From an uncultured Actinomycetes bacterium (GTDB lineage Bacteria > Actinomycetota > Actinomycetes > S36-B12 > CAIYMF01), in assembly GCA_963843975.1 (NCBI GenBank), contig CAWJMG010000003.1:750001-782000 (forward strand): a stretch of 32,000 bases of DNA, in the 5' to 3' direction. A model generated the notes under the pieces. It did not search any database, was not told the DNA's origin, and was given only the letters and a program-made list of their open reading frames with translations. The position numbers were made by a program, and so were the translations under genes. The number at the start of each line of letters is the position of its first letter. The first letter of the stretch is position 1. Shown in pieces: positions 8,513 to 22,432 of this stretch.

Positions 8513-9427
8513 CTACGTGGTGGGGAGCTCGTAGTCCTCGCCGTAGGCGCCCTTGGCTGGGCGGGTGCGGCGCGGGGGCAGCACCGTGCCGTCGGCGAGG
8601 CGGCGGCTGCGGATGAGGAAGCCGGTGTGGCCGTTCATCGTGTGGTCCGGGCGTACGGCGAGACCCTCGAGGTGCCACGTGCGCAGCAGCAGCTCCTGGG
8701 CGTAGGGCTCGGTCCAGCGGCCGTCCGTGCGCATGGTCTCGACGGTGCGCGACAGCTGGGTCGTGGTCGCGACGTACACGACCAGGACGCCGCCGGGGGT
8801 CAGCGCCTCGGCCGCCACCTCGACGCAGTCCCACGGCGCGAGCATGTCGAGCACGATGCGGTCGACGCCTGTGTCGAGGCCCTCGGCCATCCGGGCCCGC
8901 AGCGTCGGGACGAGGTCGCCGACGGTCAGCGACCAGGCCGGGTGCTCGGACCCGAAGAACGTCTCCACGTTGGTCTTGGCGACGTCGGCGAAGTCCTGCC
9001 GGCGCTCGTACGACGACAGCCCGCCCTGGTCGCCCACCGCACGCAGCAGGGAGATCGACAGCGCGCCCGAGCCGACGCCGGCCTCGATCACGCGCGCGCC
9101 GGGGTAGATGTCGGCCAGCCCGACGATCGCCGCCGCGTCCTTGGGGTAGACGATCGTGGCGCCCCGCGCCATCGACAGGACGAAGTCCGACAGCATCGGG
9201 CGCAGGGCGAGGTAGGGGACGCCCTGCGTCGAGCTGACGATCACACCCTCCGGGCCGCCGATGAGCTCGTCGTGCTTGATGGCGCCCTTGGCGGTGTGGA
9301 ACTCCTTGCCCGCGCCCAGCGTGATGGTGTGCATCCGCTTCTTGGGGTCGGTGAGCTGCACGCGCTCGCCCTCGCGGAGCGGGCCACGGCGGTTGTCGGC
9401 CCCGGTGGGGACGTGGTCGGAGGTCAC
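8513..9427 (-). CDS. trmI: tRNA (adenine(58)-N(1))-methyltransferase TrmI-like SAM-dependent methyltransferase
   Basis: Intact. Likely GTG start at 9427 ([37 protein letters not shown]...) within the longer ORF 8513..9712. SAM-binding motif [12 protein letters not shown]. Its position next to arc matches mycobacterial synteny. Confidence 0.85.
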   Translation of the reverse strand: MTSDHVPTGADNRRGPLREGERVQLTDPKKRMHTITLGAGKEFHTAKGAIKHDELIGGPEGVIVSSTQGVPYLALRPMLSDFVLSMARGATIVYPKDAAAIVGLADIYPGARVIEAGVGSGALSISLLRAVGDQGGLSSYERRQDFADVAKTNVETFFGSEHPAWSLTVGDLVPTLRARMAEGLDTGVDRIVLDMLAPWDCVEVAAEALTPGGVLVVYVATTTQLSRTVETMRTDGRWTEPYAQELLLRTWHLEGLAVRPDHTMNGHTGFLIRSRRLADGTVLPPRRTRPAKGAYGEDYELPTT

Positions 9428-9499
9428 GGTCGGCAAGGATAGGCGGGTCCGCGGCGTACGCCGTCGGCGCATCCGTACGGCGGGACCGCGAGGAGACCG

Positions 9500-9889
9500 G
9501 TGGCAGCCACGACCTCCGACGTGGGCACGTTCCTCGCGACGTCGGCGCACAGCAGGCTCGACGAGGTCCGCGCCCTGCGCCAGGCGCTGCTGGACGGGAT
9601 CCCAGGACTCACCGAGCGCATCAAGTGGAACGCGCCGAGCCTCGGGCCGGACGGCACCGACCGCCTCACGTTCCGGCTGCAGCCGGGCGACCGCGTCGAG
9701 CTGGTGCTGCACCGAGGCGCGGCCGTGCGCGGTGCGGACGGCTTCGCCTTCGATGATCCTGACGGCCTCATCGCCTGGTCGACGCCCGACCGCGGGGTGA
9801 TCGTCGTGCGCGATGCGGTCGACCTCGCCGAGCGCACGACGTCGATCGTCGCGACGTGCCGCCGCTGGGTCGAGGCGACCCGCGACTGA
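9500..9889 (+). CDS. DUF1801 (YdhG-like) domain protein, 129 aa
   Basis: Intact ORF with a GTG start. LRQALLDGIPGLTERIKWNAPSL is typical of DUF1801 proteins. Confidence 0.65.
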   Translation: MAATTSDVGTFLATSAHSRLDEVRALRQALLDGIPGLTERIKWNAPSLGPDGTDRLTFRLQPGDRVELVLHRGAAVRGADGFAFDDPDGLIAWSTPDRGVIVVRDAVDLAERTTSIVATCRRWVEATRD

Positions 9890-9896
9890 CCGGCCG

Positions 9897-11033
9897 TCAG
9901 ACGCCGAGGGCCTTCTCGACGTCCCTCGTGGTGAGGATGCCGACGACTGTGCCCGTGTCGTCGTGCACGGTGTAGTCGGTCGCGGGCACGTCCTGCATCG
10001 CGCGCAGAAGCGGGTCTCCGCTGAGCGACACGTGCAGGCGGGCCTGCGGGTCGAGGGTGGACGACACCGACGACACGGAGACCCACGGCCGGCGCTCGAG
10101 CGGGACGGCGGAGACGGCGTCCTCCTGGGCCACGGCCACCACCGTGCCGCTGCCGTCGGCGACGGCGACGGCGCGGGCTCCGGAGGCCTCGAGGCGCCGC
10201 AGCGCCTCGGCCAGCGGCAGGTCGTGCGGCACCACCACAGCGGGGCGCACGAGGGCGCCGGCCTGCAGCGCCGGGACCTTGGACATCAGCCGCGCGCGCT
10301 TGAGGGCGTCCGACGCACCGGCGAAGAGATAGGCCGCGATCAGTGCGCTGAACACCACTGAGCCCATGCTGGGCTGACCGCCACGCTGGAGGACCAGCAG
10401 CAGCGGCACGGCGAAGGCGAGGACCGCGACGACCCGCCCTGCCCAGGCGGCGATGACCGTCGACCGGTGCTCGTTGCCCGTGATGCCCCAGATGATGCTG
10501 CGCAGCACGTTGCCACCGTCGAGCGGCAGGCCCGGTAGCGCGTTCCAGATGCCCAGGAAGATGTTGGACACGGCGAGGGCGTACGCCACCCCGTCGACCC
10601 GCGGGTCGACCGCCACCGGGGAGTTGGCGACCCCCAGCCACACGAAGCCGATGAGCACCGACGACACCGGCCCCGAGCCCGAGATGACTGCGTCCCGCCA
10701 CGCCGACGGGATGCGGCGCTCGAAGGACGTGTAGCCGCCGAACACCCACAGCGTGATGCTGTGGACGGGGAAGCCGAACATCTTCGCCGTGAGGGCGTGC
10801 GCGAGCTCGTGCCCGAGGATCGACAGGTAGAACAGGACGGCGAACACCAGGGAGAGGACGAGCACCTCGGTCGGCTGCGACCGGTCGGCCCCGAGGTTGT
10901 CGCGCCACAGGAACGCCACCACCAGGATGCCGAGCAGGCCGCTCCAGGGCATCGAGACCGGGATTGAGCCCAGGCGGAACGCGATGCCGCCGGCCCGTCG
11001 TCGGGTCGGCGCCGTCTGCTCCTCGCTGCTCAC
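9897..11033 (-). CDS. Site-2 protease family (M50) zinc metalloprotease with C-terminal CBS pair
   Basis: Intact 378-aa ORF. It has multiple predicted TM helices, an HExxH motif (GHELAHALTA) and a C-terminal CBS-like region ending ...VGILTTRDVEKALGV. Confidence 0.82.
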   Translation of the reverse strand: MSSEEQTAPTRRRAGGIAFRLGSIPVSMPWSGLLGILVVAFLWRDNLGADRSQPTEVLVLSLVFAVLFYLSILGHELAHALTAKMFGFPVHSITLWVFGGYTSFERRIPSAWRDAVISGSGPVSSVLIGFVWLGVANSPVAVDPRVDGVAYALAVSNIFLGIWNALPGLPLDGGNVLRSIIWGITGNEHRSTVIAAWAGRVVAVLAFAVPLLLVLQRGGQPSMGSVVFSALIAAYLFAGASDALKRARLMSKVPALQAGALVRPAVVVPHDLPLAEALRRLEASGARAVAVADGSGTVVAVAQEDAVSAVPLERRPWVSVSSVSSTLDPQARLHVSLSGDPLLRAMQDVPATDYTVHDDTGTVVGILTTRDVEKALGV

Positions 11034-11140
11034 CGCCCCACCGTAAGCGGCGTACGCCGGGACGGCCCGTCCGCCTCACCCGGCCGTGTCGTGCGCGTCC
11101 CGCCCGCACGGCGTCGGACCCGGCGCCTACTGTCAGCCCC

Positions 11141-12028
11141 ATGAGCACGAGCGCGCCCGACTCCCCCTCCCCCGTCGCCGGCGACCCCGCCGAGGCCTGG
11201 GAGGGCGCGGCCACCCGCACGGGCTCGCTGTCGCCGTCCCGGGCGGGCGACTTCATGACCTGCCCGCTGCTCTACCGCTTCCGCACGATCGACCGCATCC
11301 CCGAGAAGCCGAGCCCGGTCGCGGTGCGCGGCACCGTGGTGCACCAGGTGCTCGAGGACCTGTTCGACCTCCCGGCTGAGCAGCGCACGCTGGAGCAGGC
11401 GGCCTCCATGCTCCCTGCCGCGTGGGACGTCGTGCAGCGCGAGGACGAGGCCGCGGCCACCGAGCTCTTCGGCACCGCTGAGGAGGCCGACGAGTGGCTC
11501 GCCTCGGCCGTGCCGCTGCTGGAGACGTACTTCCGCCTCGAGGACCCGAGCCGTCTCGAGCCTGCCGAGCGCGAGCTGCGGGTCGAGACCACCCTCGACG
11601 ACGGCCTCGTCCTGCGCGGGTACGTCGACCGCCTCGACCGCAACGCCGCGGGCGACACCCGGGTGGTCGACTACAAGACCGGCAAGGCTCCGGGCGAGGG
11701 CTACGAGCAGAAGGCGCTGTTCCAGATGCGCTTCTACGCCCTGGTGCTGTGGAAGGCCACGGGCACGCTCCCCCGGCTCCTCCAGCTGCTCTACCTCGGC
11801 AACGAGCAGATCCTGCGCTACGAGCCCGACGAGACCGACCTGCTCGCGACCGAGCGCAAGATCAAGGCCCTGTGGCGGGCGATCCAGCAGGCGCAGGAGA
11901 CCGGCGACTGGCGCCCCAACCCGTCCCGGCTGTGCGACTGGTGCGACCACCACGCGATCTGCCCGGCGTTCGGCGGCACACCGCCGCCCCTGCCGACGCT
12001 TCCTGTGCCGGTCGTCCCACCCGTCTGA
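11141..12028 (+). CDS. PD-(D/E)XK nuclease family protein (RecB-family exonuclease-like, with C-terminal Cys cluster)
   Basis: ATG at 11141 inside ORF 10964..12028. Motifs: GSLSPSRAGDFMTCPLLYRF, GYVDRLD...VVDYKTGK (D...D/ExK core) and C-terminal CDWCDHHAICPAF. Confidence 0.78.
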   Translation: MSTSAPDSPSPVAGDPAEAWEGAATRTGSLSPSRAGDFMTCPLLYRFRTIDRIPEKPSPVAVRGTVVHQVLEDLFDLPAEQRTLEQAASMLPAAWDVVQREDEAAATELFGTAEEADEWLASAVPLLETYFRLEDPSRLEPAERELRVETTLDDGLVLRGYVDRLDRNAAGDTRVVDYKTGKAPGEGYEQKALFQMRFYALVLWKATGTLPRLLQLLYLGNEQILRYEPDETDLLATERKIKALWRAIQQAQETGDWRPNPSRLCDWCDHHAICPAFGGTPPPLPTLPVPVVPPV

Positions 12029-12086
12029 CGGCCCGATCGGGCACGGCGGAGGGGTACGCCCCCGCGTCGCGGGTTAGCGTGGCGGG

Positions 12087-12830
12087 GTGACGACCACGAC
12101 CTCCGCCGCCCGCGCCACCGCCCTGTCCAAGATCTACGGCAACGGCGACACCCAGGTCACCGCGCTCGACGCCGTCGACGTCGAGATCCAGGGCGGCCGG
12201 TTCACCGCGATCATGGGGCCCTCCGGGTCCGGCAAGAGCACGCTCATGCACTGCCTCGCGGGCCTCGACTCCATCAGCGGCGGCCAGGTGTGGATCGGCG
12301 AGACCGAGGTCTCGGGGCTGTCCGACAAGGCCCTCACCCAGCTGCGCCGCGACTCGGTCGGGTTCGTCTTCCAGGCCTTCAACCTGATCCCCACGCTCAC
12401 TGCGCTCGAGAACATCACGCTCCCGCTCGACATCGCCGGCCGCAAGGCCGACCCGGCCTGGCTCGACACAGTTATCGACACGGTCGGCCTGCGCGACCGC
12501 CTCACGCACCGCCCGAGCGAGCTCTCCGGCGGCCAGCAGCAGCGCGTCGCCTGCGCCCGCGCGCTCGCGAGCCGGCCCACGATCGTGTTCGCGGACGAGC
12601 CCACCGGCAACCTCGACTCCCGCTCCGGCGCCGAGGTGCTCGGCTTCCTGCGCCGCAGCGTCGACGAGTTCGGCCAGACGATCGTGATGGTCACGCACGA
12701 CCCCGGTGCGGCGTCGTACGCCGACCGCGTGCTGTTCCTCGCCGACGGCCGGATCGTGGACGAGATGCTCGATCCCACGGCCGAGCGGGTCCTCGAGCGG
12801 ATGAAGGCGTTCGAGCAGGCGCGAGGCTGA
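12087..12830 (+). CDS. ABC transporter ATP-binding protein (MacB/LolD-like)
   Basis: Intact. Walker A GPSGSGKST, signature LSGGQQQRV, Walker B IVFADEPTGNLD. The stop lies 1 nt before the permease ATG. Confidence 0.92.
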   Translation: MTTTTSAARATALSKIYGNGDTQVTALDAVDVEIQGGRFTAIMGPSGSGKSTLMHCLAGLDSISGGQVWIGETEVSGLSDKALTQLRRDSVGFVFQAFNLIPTLTALENITLPLDIAGRKADPAWLDTVIDTVGLRDRLTHRPSELSGGQQQRVACARALASRPTIVFADEPTGNLDSRSGAEVLGFLRRSVDEFGQTIVMVTHDPGAASYADRVLFLADGRIVDEMLDPTAERVLERMKAFEQARG

Positions 12831-12831
12831 C

Positions 12832-15384
12832 ATGCTGCGCGCCGCGCTCCGCTCGCTGCTGCAGCACAAGCTGCGGCTCTCGCTCACCCTGCTCGCCGTC
12901 GTCGTGGGCGTCGCCTTCGTCGCGGGCACCTACATCTTCACCGACTCGCTCAAGAAGTCCTTCGACGCGCTGTTCGACGCCCCTCAGCCCGACGTGTCCG
13001 TCTCGGTCGACACCGGGGTGCCGGTGGGTGGCGGCGGCGGCGCGCCGGGCGGGCTCGACCAGGCCCCGACCCTCGCCGAGTCACTGGTCGCCAAGGTCGC
13101 TGCGGTCGACGGCGTCGCCGCGGCGTACGGGTCGGTCGGCTCCGACGGTGCGCTGGTCATCGGCTCCGACGGCAAGGTCGTCGGCGAGAACGGCCCGCCT
13201 GCGAGAGGTGGCACGTTCATCGGGGACCCGGCGATCTCCGCGCTCACGATCGCCGCGGGCCGCGCGCCGTCCGGTCCGACCGAGGTCGCTCTGCTGGAGT
13301 CGACGGCCACCGCTGGCGCGATCTCGATCGGCGACACGGTCAGGATCGACACCCCGGCAGGCGGTCTCGTCGACCTCACGATGGTCGGCATCGTCACCCG
13401 CGGGATCTCCGGCAGCGACGGCAGCACCCTGGCCGTCTTCGACCTGCCGACCGCGCAGAAGCTCATGCTCGGCAAGGCCGACCGGGTCACGAGCATCGCG
13501 GTGCGCGCCGAGCCCGGCGTCGACCAGGACACCCTCGCCGCCAGCATCCAGAAGGTGCTCCCGAAGGGCACCAAGACCCAGACCGGTGCCCAGCGCAGCG
13601 CCGACATCGCCGAGCGGCTCGCGACCACGTTCCAGTTCATCAACACGTTCCTGCTGGCCTTCGCCTTCATCGCGCTCTTCGTGGCGATCTTCCTGATCTT
13701 CAACACGTTCTCGATGCTCGTGGCCCAGCGCACCCGCGAGCTCGCGCTGCTGCGCGCGGTCGGCGCGAGCCGGGGCCAGGTGCGGCGCTCGGTGCTGGCC
13801 GAGGCCGCTGTGCTCGGCCTGCTCGCAGCCATCCTTGGCGTGCTGGGCGGCATCCTGGTCTCCCAGGGGCTTCGCCTGCTGCTCAAGGGTTTCGGCGCCG
13901 ACCTCCCGGCGGCGCCACTGGTCATCGAGCCACGCACCATCGTCGTCTCCCTCGTCGTCGGGCTCGTCGTCACGCTCGTGTCGGCATACCTTCCGGCCCG
14001 GCGCGCCGGCGTCGTCCCGCCCGTGGCCGCCATGCGCGACGAGATCTCTCTGCCGGTGCGCTCGCTCCGTGTGCGGACGGCCCTCGGCGCGGTCCTGCTG
14101 ATCGCGGCAGCGGTGTCCGCATGGGTCGCCCTGCGCACCGTCGACGACGGCGAGCGCGCGGCGAGCCTCGCGGGAGTGTCCGCGCTCTGCGCCCTCATCG
14201 CCGTGATCGCCCTCGCACCGATGATCGGCCGCGCGGTGCTCGTGGTGCTGGCGGCGCCGTTCAGCGGGTCGACCATCGGGCGCCTTGCCCGTGAGAACGG
14301 CCGACGCAACCCGCGGCGCACCGCAGCGACCGCGAGCGCGCTCGCGATCGGGCTCGCCCTCATGAGCGCGATCGGCGTGATCGCCGCCTCGACCAAGGCG
14401 TCGGTGTCGGCCGTCATCGACGACACCATCGGCGCGGACTTCGTGGTCTTCGGCGTGAAGTTCCAGCCCTTCAGCCCGGACGTGTACGACGCCGTGAAGG
14501 ACACGCCTGGCACCCGCACGGTGACCTACGTGCGGCAGGTGCCGATCGAGGTCGAGGGCGACCGCACCGCGCTGACGGGCGTCGACCTCGGGGCGTTCCC
14601 CGACGTCGTCGACCTCACGATGCAGTCTGGTGCGGCCGTGCCGTCGCTCGGCCTGGGGCAGGCGATCGTCGACGACAAGACCGCCGCCGACCTGGGGCTG
14701 AAGGTGGGCGACACGGTCCCCGCGACGTTCGTGAACGGCAAGTCCACCCTGGCGCTGCGCGGCATCTACACCGCCGCCGGCCCGTACCAGGGGTGGATCA
14801 CCGGCCTGCCCACCCTCACCTCGATCGGCGCGCGCGAGCTCGACTCGGCCGTCTACATCCGCCTCGACGACGGCGCCGACCTCCCCGCCGTCCAGGCACA
14901 GCTCGAGTCCGAGCTCGAGGCGTTCCCCAGCGTCGCGCTGCAGGACCAGGCGAGCCTCAAGGACCAGATCGACAGCCAGTTCGACCGCGTCTTCGGCTTC
15001 ATCTACGCGCTGCTCGCGCTGGCGGTGATCGTGGCCTTCATCGGCATCGTCAACACGCTCGCCCTGTCGGTCCACGAACGGCGCCGCGAGGTCGGCCTGC
15101 TGCGCGCGGTGGGCACCTCACGCGCACAGGTCCGCCGCATGGTCGTGCTCGAGGCCGTCATGATCTCGGTCTTCGGCGCGGCGCTCGGAGTCGTGCTCGG
15201 CGTCGTCTACGGCTCGCTGCTGCAGAAGGTGCTCGAGCCGCAGGGCGTCACCGAGCTCGCGGTGCCCGTGGGCCAGATCGGCTGGTTCCTGCTCCTGGCC
15301 GTCGTCGGCGGCTTCGTCGCCGCGCTGTGGCCGTCGGTGACCGCGAGCCGGCTCGATGTGCTGAAGGCGATCGCGACCGACTGA
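12832..15384 (+). CDS. ABC transporter permease, FtsX/MacB-type with two FtsX domains (850 aa)
   Basis: Intact 2.55-kb ORF. It has two repeats of the FtsX-like 4-TM module (…LVAQRTRELALLRAVGASRGQVRRSVL… and …SVHERRREVGLLRAVGTSRAQVRRMVV…). Confidence 0.88.
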   Translation: MLRAALRSLLQHKLRLSLTLLAVVVGVAFVAGTYIFTDSLKKSFDALFDAPQPDVSVSVDTGVPVGGGGGAPGGLDQAPTLAESLVAKVAAVDGVAAAYGSVGSDGALVIGSDGKVVGENGPPARGGTFIGDPAISALTIAAGRAPSGPTEVALLESTATAGAISIGDTVRIDTPAGGLVDLTMVGIVTRGISGSDGSTLAVFDLPTAQKLMLGKADRVTSIAVRAEPGVDQDTLAASIQKVLPKGTKTQTGAQRSADIAERLATTFQFINTFLLAFAFIALFVAIFLIFNTFSMLVAQRTRELALLRAVGASRGQVRRSVLAEAAVLGLLAAILGVLGGILVSQGLRLLLKGFGADLPAAPLVIEPRTIVVSLVVGLVVTLVSAYLPARRAGVVPPVAAMRDEISLPVRSLRVRTALGAVLLIAAAVSAWVALRTVDDGERAASLAGVSALCALIAVIALAPMIGRAVLVVLAAPFSGSTIGRLARENGRRNPRRTAATASALAIGLALMSAIGVIAASTKASVSAVIDDTIGADFVVFGVKFQPFSPDVYDAVKDTPGTRTVTYVRQVPIEVEGDRTALTGVDLGAFPDVVDLTMQSGAAVPSLGLGQAIVDDKTAADLGLKVGDTVPATFVNGKSTLALRGIYTAAGPYQGWITGLPTLTSIGARELDSAVYIRLDDGADLPAVQAQLESELEAFPSVALQDQASLKDQIDSQFDRVFGFIYALLALAVIVAFIGIVNTLALSVHERRREVGLLRAVGTSRAQVRRMVVLEAVMISVFGAALGVVLGVVYGSLLQKVLEPQGVTELAVPVGQIGWFLLLAVVGGFVAALWPSVTASRLDVLKAIATD

Positions 15385-15403
15385 CGCAGCCAGCCCGCGC
15401 CGC

Positions 15404-16101
15404 CTAGGAGCGCGGCGACCAGTCGTGCGACCAGGCGCCGAGCATCGCCGGCGTCACCTGCACCAGCGACTCGACCACGTGCAGGCCGTCGGTCCCCTCG
15501 ATCGGCACGAGCGACGGGATGGCCACGACCAGCGCCCCGCTGGCCACTCCGGCGGCGACGCCGGTGTGCGAGTCCTCCAGCACCACGCAGTGAGCGGGGT
15601 CGACGCCGATGCGCTCGGCGGCCAGGAGGTACGGGTCCGGGAACGGCTTGGTACGCTCCCCCTCGTCACCCGCCACCGAGGTCGCGAACATCTCGTGCCC
15701 GACCTCGTGCAGCACCGCGTCGTGCACGGCTTCGACGAGCCGGCGCCAGGACGCCGACACGAGCGCGCACGGCACCCCGGCGTCCTCGAGGGCGAGCAGC
15801 AGCTCGCGCGCCCCCGGGCACCACTCGACGGGTCGGGTGCGCAGGTTGCGCTCCATCGTGTCGAGCAGCTGGGCCATCATCTGCTCGTGCGTCAGGGCTC
15901 CGCCGGTGTGGCGCACCATGTAGTCGACCGCAGTCTCCAGGGGTCCGCCGACGAGCTGGGCCTGGTGGTCAGGCCCCCACTCGACGTCGAGCGCGGCCAT
16001 GATCTCGGCCTCGGCGTCGTACCAGAGGTCCTCGGTCTGCGACGAGGGTGCCGTCCATGTCGAACAGGACGGCGGCCGGCAGCAGGGTCAGGCTGTCGAG
16101 C

Positions 16102-16105
<4 letters not shown>
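15404..16105 (-). pseudogene. HAD-superfamily hydrolase (phosphatase-like), frame interrupted by one extra base at about 16039; 5' end uncertain
   Basis: ORF 15404..16000 holds the cap and motifs II-IV (…VSASWRR…, KPFPDPY, LEDSHTGVAAG). HAD motif I (AAVLFDMDGTLV) lies upstream in another frame. The junction is CTC GTC G[C]AG ACC GAG GAC. The only ATG (16103-16105, overlapping the metH stop as ATGA) is in a third frame, so a further lesion or an unusual start is needed. Confidence 0.75.
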
Positions 16106-19653
<3,548 letters not shown>

Positions 19654-19796
19654 GATGAGGCAAGCCTATCCGCGAGGGCCGGGATCGCCTCAGCGCGTAC
19701 TCAGCGTGCCGGTGGCGCGCCGCCTCGCGGACGGGCGTAGGTTGGCCAGATCCCCGGCCGACGGGGGCCGTCCGACTCGAGTGCGAGGAGCCGCCG

Positions 19797-20660
19797 GTGA
19801 TCGAGTTCGAGGGCCTCCCCGAGGCGCTGCCCGACCTCGTCAACCCCGTGATGCTGTGCGCGTTCGAGGGCTGGAACGACGCCGGCGACGCCGCGAGCGG
19901 TGCGGTGCTCCACCTCGAGGAGGTCTGGGGCGCCACGCAGATCGCCGAGATCGACCCCGAGGACTACTACGACTTCCAGGTGAACCGTCCCGAGATCGTG
20001 ATGGAGGACGGCAAGCGCGAGGTCGTCTGGCCGACCACGCGGCTCTCGGTCGCCCGGATCCCCCTCGCCACCCGCGACGTCGTCCTGGTGCACGGCATCG
20101 AGCCGTCGATGCGCTGGCGCACCTTCACCGCCGAGCTCCTGGGTGCGGCCCGCGACCTCGGCGTCGAGATGGTCGTCACCCTCGGCGCTCTGCTCGCCGA
20201 CAGCCCGCACACCCGGCCGGTCCCGGTGAGCGGCACGTCGAGCGACCCCGACATCGCGCTGCGGATGGGCTATGAGCCGTCGTCGTACGAGGGGCCGACC
20301 GGCATCGTCGGCGTGCTGCAGGACGCCTGCGCCAGCGCCGGCATCCCCGCGGTGTCGCTCTGGGCCGCAGTCCCCCACTACGTCGCGCAGCCGCCGCACC
20401 CGAAGGCCACGCTCGCGCTGCTCGGGCGCATCGAGGACCTCCTCGACGTCCCCGTGCCGCTCGGCGACCTCCCCGAGGAGGCCAAGGCCTGGCAGCTCGG
20501 CGTGGACGAACTCGCGGCCGAGGACGACGAGATCGCGGCGTACGTGCGCACCCTCGAGGAGGCCGTCGACACCGCAGAGCTCCCCGAGGCCAGCGGCGAC
20601 GCGATCGCGCGGGAGTTCGAGCGCTACCTGCGCCGCAGGAACGTCGAGCCCCCGAAGTAG
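19797..20660 (+). CDS. PAC2 (proteasome assembly chaperone 2-like) family protein, 287 aa
   Basis: Intact ORF with a GTG start. NPVMLCAFEGWNDAGDAASGAV...GPTGIVGVLQDACASAGIPAVSLWAAVPHYV is typical of actinobacterial PAC2-family proteins. It is divergent from metH, as I recall for the mycobacterial orthologue. Confidence 0.8.
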   Translation: MIEFEGLPEALPDLVNPVMLCAFEGWNDAGDAASGAVLHLEEVWGATQIAEIDPEDYYDFQVNRPEIVMEDGKREVVWPTTRLSVARIPLATRDVVLVHGIEPSMRWRTFTAELLGAARDLGVEMVVTLGALLADSPHTRPVPVSGTSSDPDIALRMGYEPSSYEGPTGIVGVLQDACASAGIPAVSLWAAVPHYVAQPPHPKATLALLGRIEDLLDVPVPLGDLPEEAKAWQLGVDELAAEDDEIAAYVRTLEEAVDTAELPEASGDAIAREFERYLRRRNVEPPK

Positions 20661-20670
20661 CGGCCCGCGG

Positions 20671-22338
20671 TCAACGGCCGCGGAGGCTGCGGTAGCGCAG
20701 GGCCAGCGCGGCAGTGCTCGGGTCGAAGTGCGCGAGGTCCGGGACGTCGTCGCTCGTCAGCGCGGGCAGCAGCTGGCCGGCCATCACCTTGCCGAGCTCC
20801 ACGCCCCACTGGTCGAACGGGTTCACGCCCCACACCACGCCCTGGGTCAGGACGAGGTGCTCGTAGAGGGCGACCAGCGTGCCGAGCGCGTACGGCGTCA
20901 GCGTCTCCAGCATGAGCGTGGTCGACGGCCGGTTGCCCGGCATCACCTTGTGCTCGACCAGCTCCTCGGGGACGCCGTCCGCGCGGACCTCGTCGGCGGT
21001 GCGGCCGAAGGCCAGAACGTGCGCCTGTGCGAGCACGTTCGAGATGAGCTTGTCGTGGTGGTCGCCGACGCCGTTGACGGGCTCGGCGAACAGGATGAAG
21101 TCGCTCGGCACGAGCGTCGTCCCCTGGTGCAGCAGCTGGTAGAACGAGTGCTGCCCGTTCGTGCCCGGCTCACCCCACCAGATGGCGCCGGTGTCGACAC
21201 CGACCGGGGCGCCGTCGAGCGTCACCCTCTTGCCGTTGCTCTCCATCGTGAGCTGCTGCAGGTACGCCGGGAAGCGCTCGAGATACTGCTCGTACGGCAG
21301 CACCACGTGGGTCTGCGCACCGAAGAAGTCGCGGTACCAGACGCCGAGCAGCCCCATGAGGACCGGCAGGTTGCGGTCGAGGTCGGTGTGGCCCAGGTGC
21401 TCGTCCATCGCGTGGAAGCCGGCGAGCATGTCGTGGAAGGCGGTCGGGCCGACGGCCAGCATGAGCGAGAGACCGATGGCCGAGTCCATCGAGTAGCGCC
21501 CGCCGACCCACTCCCAGAAGCCGAACATGTTCGCGGTGTCGATGCCGAACCGCTCGACCGCGTCGGCGTTGGTCGAGACGGCGACGAAGTGCTTGGCCAC
21601 GTCGGCATCCGGTCCAAGACCGGAGACCAGCCACGAGCGCGCGGTGAGCGCGTTGGTCATGGTCTCCTGGGTGGTGAAAGTCTTGCTCGACACGATGAAC
21701 AGAGTCGTGGCCGGGTCGAGGTCGCGGGTGGCCTCCACGATGTCCGTGCCGTCGACGTTGCTGACGAAGCGGAACGCGATGTCCCGCCGCGAGTAGTGCC
21801 GGAGCGCGCGATAGGCCATCACGGGGCCGAGGTCGGAGCCGCCGATCCCGATGTTCACGACGGCCTCGATCGGCTTGCCGGTGGTGCCTGTCCACTCACC
21901 AGAGCGCACCCGGTCGCAGAACGCGGACATCTGGTCGAGAACAGCGTGCACCTGGGCGACGATGTCCACGCCGTCGACGAACACCGACGACCCGCGCGGC
22001 ATGCGCAGCGCATGGTGCAGCACCGAGCGGTTCTCGGTGGTGTTGATGCGCGCGCCCGTGGCCATGGCGTCGATGCGCTCAGGCAGGCCCCGCTCCTCGG
22101 CCAGCCGGACGAGCAGCGAGAGCGTCTCATCGGTCACGAGGTGCTTGGACAAGTCGGCGTGGATCCCGGCGGCGTCCACGGTGATGCGGGTCGCCCGTCC
22201 ACGGTCCTCCGCGAAGAGCTGCCGGATGGTCCGGTCGCCCCACGCGGCCCGGTGGGCGGTCAGGTCGGCCCAGGCCGCCGCCGAGGTCACGGGCCCCTGC
22301 TCGGTACGCCAGTCCTCGGTCACGTCACCCTCCACCAC
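20671..22338 (-). CDS. pgi: Glucose-6-phosphate isomerase
   Basis: Intact 555-codon ORF. Motifs: [54 protein letters not shown]. The exact start is uncertain (GTG at 22338, 22335 or 22323). Confidence 0.93.
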   Translation of the reverse strand: MVEGDVTEDWRTEQGPVTSAAAWADLTAHRAAWGDRTIRQLFAEDRGRATRITVDAAGIHADLSKHLVTDETLSLLVRLAEERGLPERIDAMATGARINTTENRSVLHHALRMPRGSSVFVDGVDIVAQVHAVLDQMSAFCDRVRSGEWTGTTGKPIEAVVNIGIGGSDLGPVMAYRALRHYSRRDIAFRFVSNVDGTDIVEATRDLDPATTLFIVSSKTFTTQETMTNALTARSWLVSGLGPDADVAKHFVAVSTNADAVERFGIDTANMFGFWEWVGGRYSMDSAIGLSLMLAVGPTAFHDMLAGFHAMDEHLGHTDLDRNLPVLMGLLGVWYRDFFGAQTHVVLPYEQYLERFPAYLQQLTMESNGKRVTLDGAPVGVDTGAIWWGEPGTNGQHSFYQLLHQGTTLVPSDFILFAEPVNGVGDHHDKLISNVLAQAHVLAFGRTADEVRADGVPEELVEHKVMPGNRPSTTLMLETLTPYALGTLVALYEHLVLTQGVVWGVNPFDQWGVELGKVMAGQLLPALTSDDVPDLAHFDPSTAALALRYRSLRGR

Positions 22339-22432
22339 TCGCCGCTCGGGACGATCTGCCGTCCCCTAGTCTCCTTCCACGACCCTACCGAGGGCCTCTG
22401 TGCCGTCGGACCCCGCACGCACGACGAAGGGC

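Noticed and set aside
9424-11256. 610-aa minus-strand ORF overlapping the M50 protease and trmI 5' region
   Set aside because: It is the same strand but the wrong frame relative to the HExxH-containing 378-aa ORF. The translation is Arg/Pro/Gly-rich with no domain signature.
12984-15075. 511-aa and 664-aa minus-strand ORFs opposite the ABC permease
   Set aside because: They lie antisense to a 2.55-kb ORF with clear FtsX-type permease features. Their composition is typical of high-GC shadow ORFs (Arg/Ala/Pro/Asp-rich) and they carry no motifs.
19654-19796. Possible cobalamin riboswitch or other leader element upstream of metH
   Set aside because: The 143-nt divergent spacer shows no B12-box-like sequence or conserved multi-stem architecture that I can recognise. 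B12 riboswitches classically control metE, not metH.
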